The position numbers were made by a program, and so were the translations under genes. From Octopus vulgaris (taxonomy: Eukaryota), in NCBI GenBank assembly GCA_951406725.2, contig OX597821.1:77128001-77192000 (forward strand): a stretch of 64,000 nt of DNA, written 5' to 3'. Of this stretch, positions 26,521-38,830 are shown piece by piece. The notes beneath the pieces were generated by a model. That model was not told where the DNA came from, did not search any database, and saw nothing but the letters and a program-made list of their open reading frames with translations. Numbering within the stretch: position 1 is the stretch's first letter; every line of letters starts with the position of its first letter.

Positions 26521-28300
26521 CACATACATACATACACACAATCACGTTCGTGGGAAGAAAACAGAATCTGAAATAAAATATATTTTATTATTTAGTTACG
26601 TCCCTTAAAGTTCTGAATGCAAGCCCTCCCCCCAGACCTATCCCTATTTTTCTTTACATTCTCATTTGATTGATAAAGTAAATACCAATTGAAAAATAAG
26701 AATGCAGATAGAAATAATCAATTATATCCTAGAAGCCGAGGCCCTAGGGTGGCCATAGTCCAAAGAGTGAAAGCTGTTAAAGAATTGAAGAAACGGTGCC
26801 ATCTAGAATAACAGAATGGTTCTGAAAGCTCTTCCCTCTCTACTGCTAATGTAAATATGTTACTCATTAAAATGATTAGACCAAATCGAAGACCAAATAT
26901 CAAGTCAAATGTTTTACTGATCAATTAGAGATCAATCTGATCTGCTTTGTGTCTTGGTTGAAATGGTTATAGACTTATGCTTTTTATGCTGAGGTATTTT
27001 TTTTTTTTTTTCAGATCACGTAATCTGCTAATATTACACGAAACGATTCCATCGAGGTCGACATTGCTTTTCATCCTTCCGGGGTTGATAAAATAAGTAC
27101 CAGTTGAGTACTGGGGTCGATGTAATTGATTCCCTAACTCCCTCCCTCCCTCAAAATTGCTGGCCTTGTGACAAAATTTGAAACCGATATTACTTGAAAC
27201 GGTTGGCGGCGAGCTGGACGAATCGTTATAGCATGCCGGGGAAAATTATTGGCGACAATTCGTTTGTCTTTATTTTTCGAGTTCGAATTCTGCTTAGGTC
27301 GACTGTCTTCCATTTTTTTTTCTCATTTTTTTTTTGTGGAATGAGGTCTATAAAATAAGAACGAGTTGAGCACTGGGGTCGATGTAATTGACACACCCTG
27401 AATTTGCTGAAGTTGCTGGCCCTGTGCTAAAATGTGAAAGCAATATTAATCGAAACGGCAAAATGCTTAATAGCATTTCGTCCGTCTGTATGTTCTTGCC
27501 CAAAGTGCATGCAGTGGGCCTGGACGCAGAACCATGTGGTTAGAAGGCAAACTGCTTACCACACTTTGCTTTCTCGCTCATTTTCACTTTGGAAATATTA
27601 ATACACAAATTTTTCTGTGATTAATTCTCGTCTTAAGATTGGAAAAGATTAATGAACTACGAAGAAGGAGAGAAATTGTGCGAATAGTTTGCGAAGTAGT
27701 CATGTTCAACAAACTGTCTGACTTTTCAAAGAATTAATGTTTGTGCAGAAATTCAGTGATCACTAACAGGGTGAAGTAGTTTTAAGAAAATCCTGTTTAA
27801 CGAAAATATTGAACGTATTGAAATTTGAATTTAAAATCTTGGCAAAGAAAGAGTGATACAGAGATGGCTATTTACTTAGTAGTGCCGCCGTTGCAATAAA
27901 CGGAGTTTTATTCAACCGAGCGGCTAATTGCAACATCAATGAATGTTCAAACATCGTTTTTCTATATCAGTAGTAACGGCTTTTGACTTGTGGTTACTAC
28001 TGAGAACATGCTGCTAACGAAGCGCAATGAGACAGAAATGCACATCTAGCATTTTCACGGCCATGCTGGATGAGTTCTCTCTGATACAGATATATTTCTG
28101 TTTCTAAACACAGTACGTTCATAAGAGATATCATCTCGGGACAAATATCGCAGAAAACTTGCTTTATTCGTGGTGTATTTCCAATAAGTTTGATATGAAG
28201 ATAGCTATTTTAATAAATATTGTTTCTGTTGCACATAATGGAATAATATATCTTTACCTTACATTCAATATTTTATTTTTGAATACTAAGTGAAAGGGAT

Positions 28301-28432
28301 TTTTGTTTACCCTCTCGAATCTAGCATTTTGTGACACAAAGCACTAGCAGTAAAAAGGTAGATTTTTATGTAGCACTGTTGTTATGTTGTAAACCATCAG
28401 TAGTGTGGTGGTGCACAACATACACGAGTGCA
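28301..28432 (-). ncRNA. box H/ACA snoRNA candidate, copy F
   Basis: 5' hairpin: GCACU/AGUGC base, UAUGUUGUG.ACCA/UGGU.UACAACAUA upper stem. H box ACAUAA at 28371-28366. 3' base UACCUUUUU/GAGAGGGUA. ACA at 28306-28304, 14 nt after the upper stem. Confidence 0.75.
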
Positions 28433-29251
28433 GAGATGAAAATTATCTGCTGATTGAAACTATAAATGTGCCATATGTAAATAGACGCATGCACACAGAG
28501 CGTCAGAGAGACGTTAAACTTGGTACAGTCTCAGGTAAAATGTTTTGTAGTGACTGGAGCCTTCCATATAATTTCAGAAACCAAATACCACCCGTGTACG
28601 CTTTTCTTTTCATCCTCTTTAGCTGGATAAAATAAATACCAGCTGAATGAAAAGTACAGAGTTCGAAACACCTACATTCTAGAATCCTGGGGCACCGAGC
28701 GACCGAAAGCAGTTAAAAAGGGCAAGATTAAAAGAAAGAAAAGCATTCTGTATTTCCCCACTTTTTTTTCTTTCAAACACGAAAGCATGTGGCCAAGTGG
28801 TTAGGGTGTTGCAATCACAATCACAAGATTGTGGTTTCGATTCATGGACCAGGGGATGCGTTGAACTTTTGAGCAAAACACTTCATTTCACGTTGTTCGT
28901 CTTCACTCATCTGTAACTTGGTAATTCTGCGACCAACTGACGTCTCATTCAAGGAGAAAGTTGTGATCTCGGTCATATATATGCCAGGGTAACCGGGTAA
29001 CCCGCCCCATGAGTCCAAGCACCCAAGATAGTAATGTCCAGGGGTGTATGTTGAGGAGGATTCTTTCAAATAGAAACATTTAATAGTTTTTTGGATAAGT
29101 GGCGAGATGGCAGGATTATTACTGTGCCGGGAAAAATATTCTTAGCGACAATTCTTCCGACTTTACACACTGAGTTCAAACACCGCCGGTTCGACTTCTA
29201 CCTTTCATCCTTTCGGGTCGATAAAATAGGTACCAGCTTGAGTACTGGGGT

Positions 29252-29289
<38 letters not shown>

Positions 29290-30311
29290 ACGACAATGTT
29301 AGCCTAGTGCCAAAATTTGCAACTCAGACTTTTGAACTGGCAACATCGTTAAAGCTTAGACCAAAACACCTTCAAGTAATAGGTAGACTCATTACGTTTT
29401 GGGTTCAAATCCTATCGTGGTGATGAACTTCGCATTTCATCTTCCCTGGATCGATAAAGTAACGATCAAGTATGATGTTGATATAATTGACTGTTTCCTT
29501 CCTTCTGCTAAAAGCCTTAAGTAAATGTAAGAAGTTAAGAGTTGTGTGTCGAAAGAATGGTTTGAGTGGAAGCGTTTAATTTAGTATTTAGTTAGGGTAG
29601 TTTAAATCCTGAGTTCACTTACTTTACTTTTCATTCATTCGTGATTGATAATATAAAATATCTGTCAAGTATTAAACCCAATGTGTAATCGATTATATAG
29701 TGCTCACAAATTCGAAATCGTATGATTTAGAAATCTTTAAGTAGATGGAAAATTCAAAAGAATGTATACATACATACGAACATATATACATACATACATA
29801 AGAACATACGTACATACGTGGTGGTGGCTGCCCTCTCGTTATCGAGTATTGCCATTGCATGAAGCTTAATCAATGTTGTTATCATGCAATGCCTGTGCAA
29901 GAAGATTTTTTTTTAAAGTGAGGAAAGGCTGTGCACTGAGTCAATCTCATTCACCAAGTAACAACAGCCATAATCCGAAAAGAAGAACAAGTCAACATCA
30001 TCGGTAACCACTGAGCCGCAGGTTTTATGTCGGAGTTATCCCAGTTACCTGAGTTACCTTCTCCTAGAAGGATGCCCTATCAAAGGATAGGAGTTCTTCA
30101 CTTCCAATGGTTTAACCGCGCGATCGGGTATTCAGCCCGATTATTTCTATGTCCCCGCCCATGATACATCCTTAAGACATTTATTGGATGGCCGTTGACT
30201 CTCTAGAGTTCCTCCACCCTTTGACGGGTTTTGTTTTTCACCCGCAGGGTGTCCAATACATACATACATACATTATACATACATACATACATACATACAT
30301 ACATACATACA

Positions 30312-30342
<31 letters not shown>

Positions 30343-30734
30343 GGGATGTGTAACATACTGCCTAATTACCAATCTTGAGAAATTAGGCTTATCAAAACTA
30401 GAAAGGAGAAAGCTAATTCAAAGTCTACAGATCCAATCCATCACTGGAACTGCTAAAATCTGTAAAACTTTCCAGAAGTTTATCATTTAAATATATATGA
30501 GCATGTCTAGATATGCAACTATATGCATGAGAATACATACATAAAAACATACAAATCTTCACCTACATACATACATACATACATACATACATACATACAT
30601 ACATACATACATACATACAAAAATACCTTATTGTTGATGTTGAAATTCCAATGAAGGAACCTTGTATCTAGGTTAGAAACCGTTTCTTTCTCTATTGGCA
30701 AGAAATCTTGAAATAAACTGAATAAAGGCATACA

Positions 30735-30768
<34 letters not shown>

Positions 30769-32688
30769 CATGCCTACATACATACATAAAGATACATTAT
30801 TCATCGGTACATATTTGTATATTTCAAGAAAATTTGAAAATGTAAATATCTCATAAGTCACTGTACCTTTAGAGTTCTTTAGAACAATTTCGAGTCAAAC
30901 ACAAGTCAGTCTCTACCAAACAAAGTAGTTTACAACATATTTCTGTTCAAAAGGAATTAAATTTTATACATATGTTTCAGCTGAAATTTTATTGTATTGA
31001 ATAATTTGGTTTAAGCAAATGCGAATTAATGGCGTATGTCTTAAATTCCTGACATAAATATCCGAAGTGGGAGAGTTTAAATGGCACACATTTCAAAAGT
31101 CAAAGAAAAGCTAACTGTGTGCTTAACTACCAACCAAAAAATAATATTTAGCGAGCGATGCTTCAGCAACAACAACAACAAAAAAAATCTTCCAAAGATT
31201 TATTTGACGTCAGAATTAAAACACTTTCAACGACTTTATATTTACCGTGTGAAAATTTAAATTTTGAAAAACAAATTTTAAAACATATTTAAAGAACATC
31301 TTAATACGTGTTGACAATAAGACGGCGAGATGGCAGAATCGTTTAGCAGGGCGGGGGAAAGATGCTCCGCGGCATTTCGTCTGAGTTCAAATTCCGTCGA
31401 GGTCGACTTTACTTTTCATCATTTCTAAATAAGTACCAGTTGAGCACTGGGGGCTGATGTAATCGACTTAATCCTTCCCTCGAAATTGCTGGCCTTGTGC
31501 CAAAATATGAAACCAGCATTTTTTCTGAAGCTATATCTTTCTTGTGAATTTATTTGTAATAAATTTTGTACAAGCTTTGCAGTTTTAGAGTGAGTAGTTT
31601 AGTCGCTTCTGTCGACCCCAGTGCCTGACTGGTACTTTATTTTATCAATCTTGAAACGACAAAAGTAAAGTTAGCCTCGTCGGGATTTGAAATCAGAGCA
31701 TAAAGAGACCGAAAATTTATTCGCAATAATATAGAAAATTGTATTGTTAAATATTCTTAAATTACAAATGTTTCTCTATTCTATTTTCATTTGAAATTCT
31801 GTCTCTGCGCAATTGGATAAGACAAAAGTCTATCACATGTAATACGTCTGGAATATTTTACACTCATTCTCCGGTTAGATAGGCTAAACTGGTGAATCTT
31901 AGCGATACAGGAAACAATAACTCATAAATCATGATTTGGTGTTCCAGTAGCATAAATTCGCTGATTTTCATTGTCTGAGACACTAAGTAAATGAACAAAT
32001 GCTTGCATGAATGAGCAGTGAATGAGTAACATATTCATTGGATCGTTGATTCATCACTGGAATCAAAGTCCTCATGTAGTACATCTGATCATCTCACCAG
32101 GAAGGGCCCACGTCTCTAATAACTAAGATGCGATTTAGACGCAACTTCCTTTAAATGAATGAAACAATTGTTGATAGTACATCACTCGTTTCATACATCA
32201 ATAAATTGTGACGAATTATATGACAATACTATGTGATGCGGCCATTTGAGATTTGTGTTAATTCTACGCCATGAAAATTTCTGCTTTTCGATTATGATAA
32301 GTATTATGATGTGGTGTTTTCCACAGTTATAAGGTCTGGCCACTGTTGTGACTCTAGCTGCTATATCTACTCTTGTAGCCACGATATTTCTTGGTAACAG
32401 GTAGAGTGTATCTTTTCTATACCGGAATGGTAATAAACTGCTTCGTCTATCGCTGATAGCTCTGCAAGACACCAACTTTGAACCGTTTACCTTGACTGTT
32501 ACTCGAATTCGACTATAACACATAACTGACACTTAACTCCAACTGAGAACTCGTACGACTCTACAACGACTGGCACATGATTCCCTGTACTGGTTGACGT
32601 CGTCTCACTTTATAGTGGCTGTGCCATACCACTTGTCGCGTGGGAAGGCTGTACCATTTCCACAATTACAATAAGTTACACTTTAAAT

Positions 32689-32967
32689 CAGTGTTCCTCA
32701 ACCGGGATACATGTGGCCCTTAGACCCCCATATAACCCGTGGGGTCCTTATAAGATTTTGCTGTTAAAATTTATCTGCAATAAACTGGGTCTACTTCTAC
32801 AATGCACAAAATATTCTAACGATTTTTTAAATATAATTCCTAATATTTAATTATAAAAATATAACAGTTTTTTTAAAACATGGAATGGCTAAGAAAATCG
32901 ACCCAAGTAAAAAACGGGAGCCAAAGATGTCCACAGGTAAAAAAAAAGATATAGTCGAGGACCACTG
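32689..32967. mobile_element. hAT-like MITE (second copy ~24113-24368)
   Basis: TIRs CAGTGTTCCTCAAC / GTCGAGGACCACTG. The interior 'ttttgttgttaaaatttatgtgcaataaactgg' is shared with the 24.1-kb copy. Confidence 0.65.
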
Positions 32968-33528
32968 TTTTATATGGATTCCACAACCGTGAATTTCACC
33001 TCTAAAGTGGCGGGCACGTAGAACAACCTATATGATTCAGTCCATGATTGTTAAGAATATTTATCACAAACCTGCTTCGTTTATATTCACCACAAATAAC
33101 TATCTAGAATAATCTTCCGCATCGTATTACATAATGTATGCTGGCTAAATTACTTCACATGAATTACCTTCGTAGTTATCCCAAAACTCAGCAGCGATCA
33201 GGCAACACCATAAAGACACCATTTCGACATCTTAAAACTATAACACTCTACTGATAACACAAATATAGTTTTTTTAAAAATTATTTTTGGTCTTGTTTTT
33301 GTTGCTGAATCTCGGATTACTTGTTTTGAATAATTATTTGTTGAAGAATGAAGTACAAACAGGAAATAGTTCCGCTAATTTTTTTTTATAAAACATTTTG
33401 ACCAACATATAGCATATGTGTATTTATATTTGTATATAAGTGAAGTGTGTTTGCACACACACACATATTTATATGTATGTATATGTATGAATGTGAATGT
33501 GCAAACACATGTTTGTAAATATTCACAT

Positions 33529-33598
<70 letters not shown>

Positions 33599-36500
33599 AT
33601 ACATATATACATATATATATGTATACATATATATATATATATAATTTTTTTCAGTCAACAGAGAAATAAGAAAATTTGACATATGCAGACATGTAGGTTT
33701 ACACACACACACACACATACACACACACATACACACACACAAACACATAAACAGATTTCCATTCCAAGCAATATTTCGGTAGCAATATTTTCCAGACATT
33801 TTTCGTTGAGACAGTGGAAATCGTTGATAGACATCGCTTCATTTCACTTTAGCAGTCACAAATATATAGAACTGTCACAGCTTCCAACGAAAACCAGGAA
33901 AAACAAACGATGTTTTCAATAAAACAAGCTGGTGACAAGCAATTTAGCGGAAAATATCTAAAACTGCTGACTGAATACAAGATGGCACTCAGTAACTCAC
34001 ACACACACATACAGAAGATTCTCATCGCAAGTGTTTGTTGTTGTTTTTTGCCTCTGTCTTTTTCTATCTCTCTTATTCTTTCTGTCTGTTTCTCTCTGTC
34101 TATATCTCATAATTTTCTTCTGACATGACAAAGTACTTGTGTTGAGGGAACAAACAACACGCAGTAGAAACTAATTTTTGTATGAGTAATTGTTTAAATC
34201 TGTTCGTTTGGATTAAATTTTAGCTGAAACATCCCCACCCCCATCTCTAGTTTGTAGAACAATAACGGAAAGTAGTTAATATGCTATGCTAAAACTCTTG
34301 TTATGTTCCCCAACTCCCATCCCACCTTTCTGTTTTATTAAACACCTTTCAAAACTATGATATATTAGATCGTTAAGGCGGTAAAATGGCTGAATCGTAA
34401 GCACGCCGGGCGAAATGCTTAACGGCATTTCGTCCGTCATTACGTTCTGAAATCAAATTCCGCCGAGGTCGGTAAAATAAATACCAGTTGAGCACTGGGG
34501 ACGATGTAATCGACTTAACCCTCCACCGAAATTGCTGGCCTTGTTATTACCAACATATTACTTAAATCGTTTGTATTTTCATCTCGAGGCTGTCAACGGG
34601 GGTAAGGCTACACGCGTCATCTTTCGCAGGTTTTCCGACTTTGGAGAGAGGAGGAGAGAAATCTATCGTTAGATTAAGGACTTTTCAGCCCTCCACTAAT
34701 CCACTAACGGCATCTAAGGTCTAGATGGTTGTGTCGAACCAAGCAGCGGATAGCTCTACCGCCTAAGAACATTCGCCCCGCTTCCGCATGGTTTCGGTAA
34801 CGAGATTTTGATGGACTCGAAGCTTCCAAACATGGTGCGCCGTGGAATCGAATTGAAAGTCATGTGATTGCAAATCAAACTTAGTTACATGGACATGCAT
34901 TTCCATTTTTACAATTAGAATCACCCTGTATCACCAGAAGACGTTACACAACATTCCTTTACAGAAACAGGGATACAAGACACAATTCCAAAAACAACTG
35001 AACAAACAATACATTAACAATAACAGAATCCTTCGAATGATTTCTGGAGCATTAGGAGACGTAACTCGGAGATCAGAGAATCACTTCGGATCGAACCGTT
35101 ACTTCTCCGCATTCAAAGGTCACGTTTCCCATACTCTGTGTATGTTTCTTTTACTCGTTTCAGTCATTTGACTGCGGCCATGCTGGAGCACCGCCTTTAG
35201 TCGAACAAATCGACCCCAGGACTTTTTCTTTGTAAGCTTAGTACTTATTCTATCGGCCTCTTTTGCCGAACCGGGGACGTAAACACAGCAGCATCAGTTG
35301 TCAAGCGATGGTGGGGGAACAAGCACAGATACACATACACACACACATGACGGGCTTCTTTCAGTTTCCTTTTACCAAATCCACTTAAAAGGCTTTCGTT
35401 GGCCCGAGGCTATAGTAGAAGACACTTGCCCAAGGTGCCACGCATTGGGACTGAACCTGGAAGCATGTGGTTGGGAAGCAAGTTTCTTACCACACAGCCA
35501 CTCCTACGCCTATGTGATTAGATTGTCACAGGCAAAAAATCGCAAGACGGACTTGAAGCCAAGCTAATGGGCAGAATGTCTAGAGAACGAGATGGATAGG
35601 TAATATCCAGGGTGTCAGCTGGTCACACTTGGGAAATCCAGCCGGAAAGTATAACGACAGTTGCTTCTGATAGAAGCGTAGATACCTGAGGACTCTACCC
35701 ACCACAAGCTGCCCAGGAATAGTGGGAGGTGAAACGGATGGATGGAAGTTTATTTAGGGATTCTTCATAAACAAGTAGAATTTAAAACTTTCTTCCGTGA
35801 TCCTTTGCACGTGAAGTGTTGCTTTGTTGCTTTCTTTCGTATACAATACATAAAGCGTAATTGTTGAAACTTCCTACGTCAGTGTAACTTATACAAAAAA
35901 TGAAAGGTTAGACGAATAAAAGAGCTGTAAATCCTAAATAATATCGCTTTTAATTAACAGTAACATCAGTTTGGGAGAAACACGTGCGAAACACGAAGCA
36001 TAGATTATTGCTCAGGAAGTCGCTTGATTTATATCCAGAATAAATAATACAAGTATCACTGCTCGCGTTGCTGGGTTGGCAGAATCGTTAAAGCGTCGAT
36101 CAGAATACCTTGCGGTATTTGTCCCTGCCCTTTACATTCGAATGCTCAATTCCCACCAACGTTAACTTTTTCCTTTTATTTTGTCGGGGTCGCTAAAATA
36201 AAGTGTCAGCCAAGTACCGGTGGGGTGGGGTCGATGGTATCTATTAATCCCCTTCTTTTAAAATTGCTGACCTTAGGTTCAAATCAGGAGCAAGTCCTCT
36301 TGCTGGTCACGATCCATAGAGCTCCGCCTGGGAAATGTTTTCTTTTAGCACCACCATATTGTTTTATCCTTATACTTGCTTCAGTCATTAGACTGCGGCC
36401 GTGCTGGAGCCTTGAAGAATTTTAACTGGACTAATCGAACCCAGTGCTTACTTTCTTTCTAAGCCTGGATCTTATTCTATCGGTCACTTTTGCCGAACCG

Positions 36501-37454
36501 CTAAGTTACGGAGTCGTAAACACACCAACACCCCTTGTCAAGAAGTGTTGGGGGAACCAAGCTTAGATGCAAAGGTATACCCATGAACAGACAGACAGAC
36601 ACATGCACACACGTGTGTGTGTGTAAAAAATGTTGGTTCGTGTTGCCATCAAAGGGTTTCGGAGTCTTCGAACGTGGAGGCCATCATATGGGTAAGAGGA
36701 AAACGAAACGCTTGAATTTAGATCATTCTGAACTGCTACACATTCGCCACAGGCAACATTTATATCCTATCCTAGAAGTAGGAAGAATATTTGCTTGCCT
36801 CACTAGGAATACCAGACTCCCAGATTTATTAAATATCCAGATGGAGCGTCGAACTTGGATACTCAGAAAGTAAAGACAGACGGCGTTCAAACGTTTCTGC
36901 CAATTCATCGATTTAGTGCCTGTATATATTATAACTTTGTTTCACCATTGTAATTTCTTACCAATTTCTATAACATTAGAACTATGTATGCTTGTATGTA
37001 TGTGTATATGCATGTATGTGTGTGTACATGTGTGTGTGTATATGTGTGTATTCATGTATGTATGCATCTATGTATGTACGCATGTATAAATGCATGTATG
37101 TATGCATGTATATGTGCATATCTCTATGTATGTACGTATGTATGTGTGTATGTTTGTGTATAGGTGTGCATGTATTCAAGGCACTGCCTGGAATTGAACT
37201 CACAATCTTGGAGTTAGTAGTCCGCGATCTTAACCATTACGCTGTATGCCCGAAACGTTGAGTTAACAACAAACAAGATGATGACACATATCCGTCCAGT
37301 GAACAGAATTCCTCATCTCTAGAATATAGAACAGTTTACTTGATATTTGGGATTCTATTGGTTTGGGTTACCATAATCAGAATAAAACCGGCATTTATCG
37401 AAAAGGCAAACTTTTGTCTGTAGATCCCGTTCAATTTTGAAAATGAAACAAATT

Positions 37455-37870
37455 TCTATTTCTTTACTACCCACAAGGGGATAAACACAGAGAGGACAAA
37501 CAAGGACAGACAAACGGATTAAGTCGATTATATCGACCCCAGCGCGTAACTGGTACTTATTTAATAGACCCCGAAAGGATGAAAGGCAAAGTCGACCCTG
37601 GCGGGATTTGAACTCAGAACGCAGCGGCAGAGAAAATACCTATTTCTTTACTGCCCACAAGGGCTAAGCACAGAGAGGACAAACAAGGACAGACAAACGG
37701 ATTAAGTCGATTACATCGACCCCAGTGCGTAACTGGTACTTAATTTATCGACCCCGAAAGATGAAAGGCAAAGTCGACCTGGGCGGAATTTGAACTCAGA
37801 ACGTAACGGCAGACGAAATACGGCTATGCATTTCGCCCGGCGTGCTAACGATTCTGCCAGCTCACCGCCT
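37455..37870 (-). mobile_element. SINE family 2 with tandemly duplicated 3' two-thirds
   Basis: Segment 37457-37640 repeats at 37640-37820; only the second unit has the head. Confidence 0.8.
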
Positions 37871-38409
37871 TGAAAATGAAACGTATTTCAACAAACAATT
37901 ATTCAATGTGTGCTATCATTTTTGGGGAGACCCGGTGTGTAAGAGCGTGTGTGGTCGTTTCCACCTATCACCTTATCCTCTGATATTTATCAAGTGAATC
38001 ACTCTAAGGTGGTAACTCTGCTTATGAATATCAAAACAGAAATATAAATATTCAATTTTTGTTTTCCCATTCATTTTGGTTGAGGGAAACGAGTGCCTTA
38101 AGTCAGACAGCAACAACTGACACATAGATTATTGGTGCGTATCTGATTCAGACATTTCATTCTCTTTCTGATTATAAACAAGATTAGGAGAAAGGTTTAT
38201 AAGGAAGGTCTATGCCTAAAACTTTGAGAGAGAATCTTTAGCGGCGAAAACATTTTGATTCATTCCATATTTTGTTGACAAACAGCATATGAGACCCTAT
38301 GCTAACTTTCCATAAATCTGTATCTGATTATTTCCGTAATGTTAGGTATCTTAATAGAAATCAGTTTATCTGGAATTAGCGCTTTTGATCAACTGACTTC
38401 GTAATACAC

Positions 38410-38830
38410 ATGGCTGTGACACAACACCTGAAAAGCAGCCAAGAAATGAAAGTGGCCACTTTTGACAGCAAATACCTTTGGAAAATACCAAGCATCAAAT
38501 GGAATGATTTTATCAGCATTGAGGAGGTCAGAAGAGTAAACCAACGCCCAGTGGTCATCACCATCTGCAGACACCAACTGAATTGGCTAAGAACTATCAC
38601 AAGACTCTCAATGAACAGACTTACCACTGAAGTCCTTTAGTGAAACCCCCAGGAGCAATGATGTAGGGGACAAACCAAGATTAACTGGCACTGGACAATC
38701 GGTAGGGACTTTCAGCTAGTAAACCTATGATGGAATGATACATTGACAGTGGATGCTGACTGATTCTGCTGGAGGGTTTTGTCAGCCCCGGATGTCACCC
38801 GACGCAGGAGCAGCTAAGTCTGAGTAAGTG
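38410..38830 (+). mobile_element. LINE (RTE/L2/CR1-like) 3' fragment
   Basis: Peptide FDSKYLWKIPSIKWNDFISIEEVRR...RHQLNWL...RL..EVL resembles LINE ORF2 C-termini. Stops are present. Confidence 0.6.

Larger units (their letters stand above)
20380..28650. repeat. old tandem duplication array (6 units, cores 1.1-2.4 kb apart) carrying the snoRNA-like cores
   Basis: Diverged flanks recur around most cores: 'gattcttgttaca', 'tatcttgtcttgaa', a (CA)n tract, then a decayed SINE 'gatagaattggtagagt'. Younger TEs interrupt the units. Boundaries are approximate. Confidence 0.8.

Noticed and set aside
20612-28332. The repeats as tandem enhancers (TGTTT(G/A)C forkhead-like and TTCnnGAA motifs)
   Set aside because: These motifs are the reverse complement of the ACA box and basal stem, and they vary in a stem-preserving way. 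Not fully excluded, but less parsimonious.
20609-28432. The six repeats as mutually exclusive coding exons of vg
   Set aside because: Copy E has stops in all three frames, the copies differ by frame-shifting indels, and donor sites are inconsistent (mostly GCAAAC). Conservation follows base pairing and boxes rather than codons.
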